A stretch of 9,130 nt of DNA from an archaeon (GTDB lineage: Archaea; Iainarchaeota; Iainarchaeia; Iainarchaeales; CSSED10-239): assembly GCA_041677685.1 (NCBI GenBank), contig JBAYPN010000027.1, positions 1-9,130 on the forward strand, read 5' to 3'. The notes below the pieces were generated by a model. It saw nothing but the letters and a program-made list of their open reading frames with translations, had not been told where the DNA came from and made no database searches. This document shows positions 6,649 to 9,130 of this stretch, piece after piece. Position 1 is the stretch's first letter. Each line of letters opens with the position of its first letter. The position numbers were made by a program, and so were the translations under genes.

Positions 6649-7239
6649 ATGGTTGATAAAAAATTAATACAAGACACAATTATTGAATTGTTAGATGCTA
6701 ATATAGATAAAAATACAATCTACTCAACATTAAAAGATATTGGTGTAGATGATGGGGACATTGAAAAAAATTACAAAGAAATTATAAATGCAAGAAATAA
6801 AAAAGAAGAGCCTGAAGAGCCTCAAGAGTCTGAAGAGCCTCACGAAAAAACAATAACCCCTAAACAAGAAAATATATCTAAAAAAGAAACAACTAAACCA
6901 AAAGAAGATAAGATTGAAGAAAAATATTCAAAAATAGAAGAACCAAAAATAGAAACAAAAAAAGATATTATTAAAGATTTTAATATTAATGAAAAAGATT
7001 CTCAAGAAGATGACTTGATTGAAACAACTTCAGAAGTAAACACCATAAATGAAAAAGAAGATGAAGATATTTTTAACACACAATCAAAAAAAGAAGTAAC
7101 TATTCCAGCAAAAAACACTTCTGCAGAAAATGAAGATGTCCAAGAACAACTGTCTGATATTAAAGCACAATTAAAGGCTTTAACAAAAATTATGAAAGAC
7201 ATATTAGAAGAAAATAGAAACATTTTAAACAAATTATAG
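6649..7239 (+). CDS. Hypothetical acidic/Lys-rich protein: small N-terminal helical domain, long low-complexity linker and C-terminal amphipathic helix
   Basis: This is a 196-aa ORF. The N-terminal ~45 aa are ordered-looking (LIQDTIIELLDANIDKNTIYSTLKDIGVDDGDIEKNYKEIIN). A ~120-aa E/K/P/T-rich stretch follows. The C-terminal segment is a heptad-like helix, QEQLSDIKAQLKALTKIMKDILEENRNILNKL. Oligo-T tracts follow directly after the stop. The antisense 76-aa ORF is a shadow. Confidence 0.7.
   Translation: MVDKKLIQDTIIELLDANIDKNTIYSTLKDIGVDDGDIEKNYKEIINARNKKEEPEEPQESEEPHEKTITPKQENISKKETTKPKEDKIEEKYSKIEEPKIETKKDIIKDFNINEKDSQEDDLIETTSEVNTINEKEDEDIFNTQSKKEVTIPAKNTSAENEDVQEQLSDIKAQLKALTKIMKDILEENRNILNKL
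6805..6840 (+). repeat. Four tandem 9-bp units GAAGAGCCT / GAAGAGCCT / CAAGAGTCT / GAAGAGCCT encoding EEP-EEP-QES-EEP
   Basis: Read directly from the sequence. The units are in frame within the acidic protein gene and are locally more G+C-rich than the rest of the gene. Confidence 0.85.
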
Positions 7240-7249
7240 AAAAAAAATC

Positions 7250-7269
7250 TTTTTCTTTTTTTCCTTTTT
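7250..7269 (+). terminator. Oligo-T terminator-like tracts (T5, T7, T5) after the acidic-protein gene, within a convergent terminator region
   Basis: The sequence is TAG-AAAAAAAA-TC-TTTTTCTTTTTTTCCTTTTTC. AGAAAAA/TTTTTCT can also form a weak hairpin. On the opposite strand, T5 (7324-7328) and T7 (7272-7278) tracts follow the stop of the 105-aa membrane-protein gene. Confidence 0.45.
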
Positions 7270-7332
7270 CTAAAAAAACTTTAATTTAAATTTTTCTAAA
7301 CAAATCTTAATTATGATTTATTTAAAAACCAA

Positions 7333-7650
7333 TTAAGCTCCACCACCAAACAACTTGCTAAAGTCCAGTTCTCCTGAATCATCACCTGAGGCACTTGCTT
7401 TCTTTCTGTTTATAAAATTGAAAAGGACCATTATCACAAATAAAACAATTAAAGACAAAATTGCAATATTTCCTGGCAATTCAAAAATAACAGTTGCAAA
7501 GAAATAAGCAATAAAGATTAAAATGTTCCACCAAGAAGGAGAGAACATAAAAAATATCCCAATTGCAACAGAGGACAAAATCAACAAATCATATTGACCA
7601 GTAATAAATATTAAGAAAAATAAAAAAATATAAGTTAATGTTTTTTCCAA
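7333..7650 (-). CDS. Small integral membrane protein (~4 TM segments) with a charged cytoplasmic C-terminal tail ending ...GDDSGELDFSKLFGGGA
   Basis: This is a 105-aa ORF with hydrophobic stretches YIFLFFLIFITG, LLILSSVAIGIFFMF, WWNILIFIAYFFATVIF and IAILSLIVLFVIMVLFNFI. After the last stretch, NRKK places the tail in the cytoplasm by the positive-inside rule. The start lies 10 nt downstream of the preceding gene's stop on the same strand. Confidence 0.65.
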   Translation of the reverse strand: MEKTLTYIFLFFLIFITGQYDLLILSSVAIGIFFMFSPSWWNILIFIAYFFATVIFELPGNIAILSLIVLFVIMVLFNFINRKKASASGDDSGELDFSKLFGGGA

Positions 7651-7660
7651 AAAATCATCC

Positions 7661-7930
7661 CTACTTGTTAATTTTTATTTTTAATATTGCACTTTTAATG
7701 TCTTTACCATAAATCCAAAAAACAACGATCCCTATTATAAATATCCATACCAATTCAGGAAATCTTATAAACATTATGTATGTTAAAAGTAAAGTAAGTA
7801 ATATAGCAACAGTCTGATTAACAACCTGACTTTTAGTCCAATTATAAATTAAAATAGCAAAAGCAATCAACAAAACTAACCAAAGCATATCTTGAAATGC
7901 TGTTGCTAAAAAGATATTAGACGATATCAT
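7661..7930 (-). CDS. Small integral membrane protein (~3 TM segments)
   Basis: This is an 89-aa ORF with hydrophobic stretches MLWLVLLIAFAILIY, VAILLTLLLTYIMFI and LVWIFIIGIVVFWIY, and a basic C-terminus KDIKSAILKIKINK. The start lies 30 nt downstream of the rpl15e stop on the same strand. Confidence 0.65.
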   Translation of the reverse strand: MISSNIFLATAFQDMLWLVLLIAFAILIYNWTKSQVVNQTVAILLTLLLTYIMFIRFPELVWIFIIGIVVFWIYGKDIKSAILKIKINK

Positions 7931-7960
7931 AAATATAAGAAAGAAAGAAAACCTTTAAAT

Positions 7961-8569
7961 TTACTTTGATTTTCTTAAATTTGCTCTGTTTGATGGTCTT
8001 GCTTTCTCAGTCCCAGTTCCTTTCTTAATAAGTCCTCTGTTTCTTTTTCCAGCAGAGGTCTTTCCTCTTTGTGCTCTTCCCTTATGCTTTTCAGAAACTA
8101 TCCAATTTACATCCATATCATTTACAATTGCTGGGTGGTTAGGATCAACCATTATTATTTCATAATATTTCTTTTGACCATCTTCTCCAACATAATAAGA
8201 ATTTAAAACCTCTAAATTTGGAAATTTGGTGTCTGCCTTTTGTTCAGCCATTCTCTGAATAGATATCCTTCTAGTTATTTTGTTAACACCCATTCTCTTT
8301 GGTCTTCTTCCAGCATTTGGTCTTCTAATAAGCCCAGAACCTTTTCTAACCTTTACAAAAACAATAACAAAACCTTGCTTTGCCTTGTACCCAATCTCTC
8401 TTGCCCTAATTGGGTTTGATGGTTTTTCAAGTTTTACAATTGAACCTTCTAATGCTCTGTATTTTATTAATTTTTGTGTATATAATTTTTTATAATCATA
8501 ATCTTTATCTTTCTCTTTATGAAATTCTTTTTGAATTGTTTGCTTTATATATTTTGAAGCTGTTGTCAT
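7961..8569 (-). CDS. rpl15e: 50S ribosomal protein L15e (eL15)
   Basis: GYKAKQGFVIVFVKVRKGSG..RRPNAGRRPKRMGV...SIQRMAEQKA...NLEVLNSYYVGEDGQKKYYEIIMVDPNHPAI...GKTSAGKRNRGL follows the eL15 family sequence closely (compare eukaryotic [25 protein letters not shown]...[25 protein letters not shown]...GLTSAGRKSRGL). An SD-like GAGAGTGAT sits 6 nt upstream of the ATG. Confidence 0.95.
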   Translation of the reverse strand: MTTASKYIKQTIQKEFHKEKDKDYDYKKLYTQKLIKYRALEGSIVKLEKPSNPIRAREIGYKAKQGFVIVFVKVRKGSGLIRRPNAGRRPKRMGVNKITRRISIQRMAEQKADTKFPNLEVLNSYYVGEDGQKKYYEIIMVDPNHPAIVNDMDVNWIVSEKHKGRAQRGKTSAGKRNRGLIKKGTGTEKARPSNRANLRKSK

Positions 8570-8804
8570 CTTAAAATCACTCTCTTAAAAGTTGTGTATA
8601 AATATTTAATTATTTACTAAATAATTAGTGAAACGAAACCTTTAAATAACAGTTGTTAAAAGGAGCTTAATTTGAGCTTATTTTTTAAAAATTTGCAAAA
8701 TTATGATTTTTTATCTAAAATTATAAATTTCTTTCTAAAAAATTAATGTTTATAAATTATTCTTAACTAAAATATATTTAATTAAATCTAAAAAAAGAAA
8801 AGCT

Positions 8805-8987
8805 ATGAAAACAAAAAAATTAACAATTACAAAAGAAGACTTTGGAAAAACAATTAGAGATATATTGATTGATCTAGAGATTAGTCCAGAAATTGTTCTT
8901 GTAAAAATTGATAATAACTTTATACCAATCTCTACAATTATTAAAAAAGAAACTGAGTTAGAGATTCTAGAAGTTATTAAAAATTAA
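8805..8987 (+). CDS. Small ThiS/MoaD-like beta-grasp protein candidate lacking a C-terminal Gly-Gly
   Basis: The 60-aa ORF is MKTKKLTITKEDFGKTIRDILIDLEISPEIVLVKIDNNFIPISTIIKKETELEILEVIKN. The element order matches ThiS/MoaD (..tv.dLl..l.i.p..vaV.vNg.iv.......l.dgDeieil..vgGG). The protein ends in VIKN. A TATA-like ATATATTTA at 8772-8780 is centred ~29 nt upstream of the ATG, which is leaderless geometry. Confidence is limited because the ORF is short and the genome is AT-rich. Confidence 0.5.
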   Translation: MKTKKLTITKEDFGKTIRDILIDLEISPEIVLVKIDNNFIPISTIIKKETELEILEVIKN

Positions 8988-8996
8988 AATTAAGAG

Positions 8997-9004
8997 TTAT
9001 AAAA
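8997..9004 (+). promoter_or_regulatory. TATA box TTATAAAA with purine-rich upstream flank (AAGAG), ~20-27 nt upstream of the first G of the GC-rich block
   Basis: The geometry fits an archaeal promoter firing at the T/G step at 9023/9024, which is exactly where base composition switches from AT-rich to GC-rich. Confidence 0.4.
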
Positions 9005-9023
9005 AAATAAAAAATCTTGTTTT

Positions 9024-9130
9024 GCGGCCGCAAATTTTTCGGCACCCTCCCGGGGCCGAAAAATTTGGCTTGAGCCGCCTTTCTCTCGAAAGGCGGGCGG
9101 AAAAAACTTTTGCTCATTGCTCGCATCCTA
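9024..9130 (+). ncRNA. 5' part of an unidentified structured RNA gene, truncated by the right window edge. Candidates are SRP RNA, RNase P RNA, an rRNA-operon leader/processing stem, or an unclassified sRNA
   Basis: By my hand count, 9024-9100 has 48 G/C of 77 nt (about 62%), against visibly AT-rich flanks. Hairpin 1 has arms CAAATTTTTCGGC (9031-9043) and GCCGAAAAATTTG (9055-9067), giving 13 perfect bp. Its loop can extend the stem by pairing CCC with GGG around UCCC. Hairpin 2 has arms CCGCCTTTC (9075-9083) and GAAAGGCGG (9088-9096), giving 9 perfect bp with a TCTC loop. The 5' GCGGC (9024-9028) is complementary to GCCGC (9074-9078), so there is an alternative closing helix. No ORF is present. 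The strand is assigned from the upstream TATA box and is not certain. Confidence 0.5.

Noticed and set aside
742-8495. Eight ORFs from the supplied track that lie antisense to, or inside, larger genes: 742-1026(+), 1362-1802(+), 3053-3250(+), 4725-4910(+), 5216-5404(+), 5373-5573(+), 7002-7232(-) and 8280-8495(+).
   Set aside because: Each is wholly or largely contained within a longer ORF on the opposite strand that has recognisable family motifs or a coherent protein architecture. Their translations are low-complexity, Phe/Ser/Leu/Ile-rich strings, as expected from reading AT-rich coding DNA backwards. None has its own convincing start context.
8630-8800. Short direct repeats in the rpl15e / ThiS-like divergent intergenic region: GAAAC-GAAAC, GAGCTTA twice 4 nt apart, TCTAAAA three times and TTATAAAT twice.
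   Set aside because: The units are 5-8 nt, AT-rich and irregularly spaced, so they are compatible with chance and with overlapping TATA-like promoter elements. There is not enough evidence to call an operator or repeat element.
9024-9031. A GCGGCCGC (NotI) palindrome exactly at the AT-to-GC transition, which raises the possibility of a cloning-linker or vector junction, or a chimeric assembly.
   Set aside because: The following ~100 nt do not resemble any vector or adaptor sequence I recognise. They form coherent helices, and a correctly spaced TATA box precedes the block. A native structured RNA is the simpler reading, but I cannot exclude an artefact without the reads or the rest of the contig.
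9031-9096. The two GC-rich hairpins read as bacterial-style intrinsic terminators for the 60-aa ORF.
   Set aside because: Neither stem is followed by a U-tract (hairpin 1 is followed by GCTTGA, hairpin 2 by GCGGAAAAAA). Archaeal termination relies on oligo-T rather than hairpins. A TATA box lies between the ORF stop and the hairpins.
9024-9130. A tRNA, 5S rRNA, or the start of 16S/23S rRNA.
   Set aside because: On either strand there is no D-arm or T-arm (GTTCRANYC-type) sequence and no acceptor/anticodon geometry. The block does not match the conserved 16S 5' end (..TCCGGTTGATCCTGCC..) or 5S-like helices. It cannot be an rRNA body, although an rRNA leader remains possible.
1-9130. A scan for a CRISPR array, transposase or integrase, terminal inverted repeats, or recognisable defence, toxin-antitoxin or secretion gene clusters.
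   Set aside because: There are no regularly spaced direct repeats. No ORF carries DDE, tyrosine-recombinase or serine-recombinase motifs, and no flanking inverted repeats are present. The only toxin-like hint is the weak HicA-like 37-codon ORF, which is reported separately at low interest.

Overview
This is an AT-rich archaeal chromosomal segment. The archaeal hallmarks are transcription factor TFB, ribosomal protein eL15, a class III (type IV pilin-like) signal peptide, and TATA-like boxes about 25-30 nt upstream of several starts. The composition and the many orphan genes fit a small-genome, DPANN-type archaeon, but that is inference only.

Genes on the minus strand, from right to left:
- rpl15e, followed by two tightly linked small membrane-protein genes
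- a 481-aa orphan, then tfb
- trxB
- a coiled-coil orphan
- scpA, then a pilin-like gene encoding two PKD-like domains, then scpB (truncated by the left window edge and absent from the ORF track)

Genes and elements on the plus strand:
- an acidic low-complexity protein
- a 60-aa ThiS-like beta-grasp ORF
- a possible 37-codon basic ORF that is not in the track
- at the right edge, a sharply GC-rich block with two perfect hairpins and a correctly spaced TATA box, which looks like the 5' part of a structured RNA gene of unidentified class

I see no CRISPR array, transposase or integrase, terminal inverted repeats, tRNA cloverleaf or rRNA.

I found no clear-cut multi-gene novel system. The observations most worth following up are:
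- the eL15-linked membrane protein whose cytoplasmic tail resembles the ribosomal P-stalk C-terminal motif
- the unidentified GC-rich RNA
- the 481-aa protein that has a HerA/FtsK-like motif order but no P-loop
- the adhesin-like pilin gene that splits scpA from scpB

All functional calls rest on reading motifs in the translations by eye. No database search was run.
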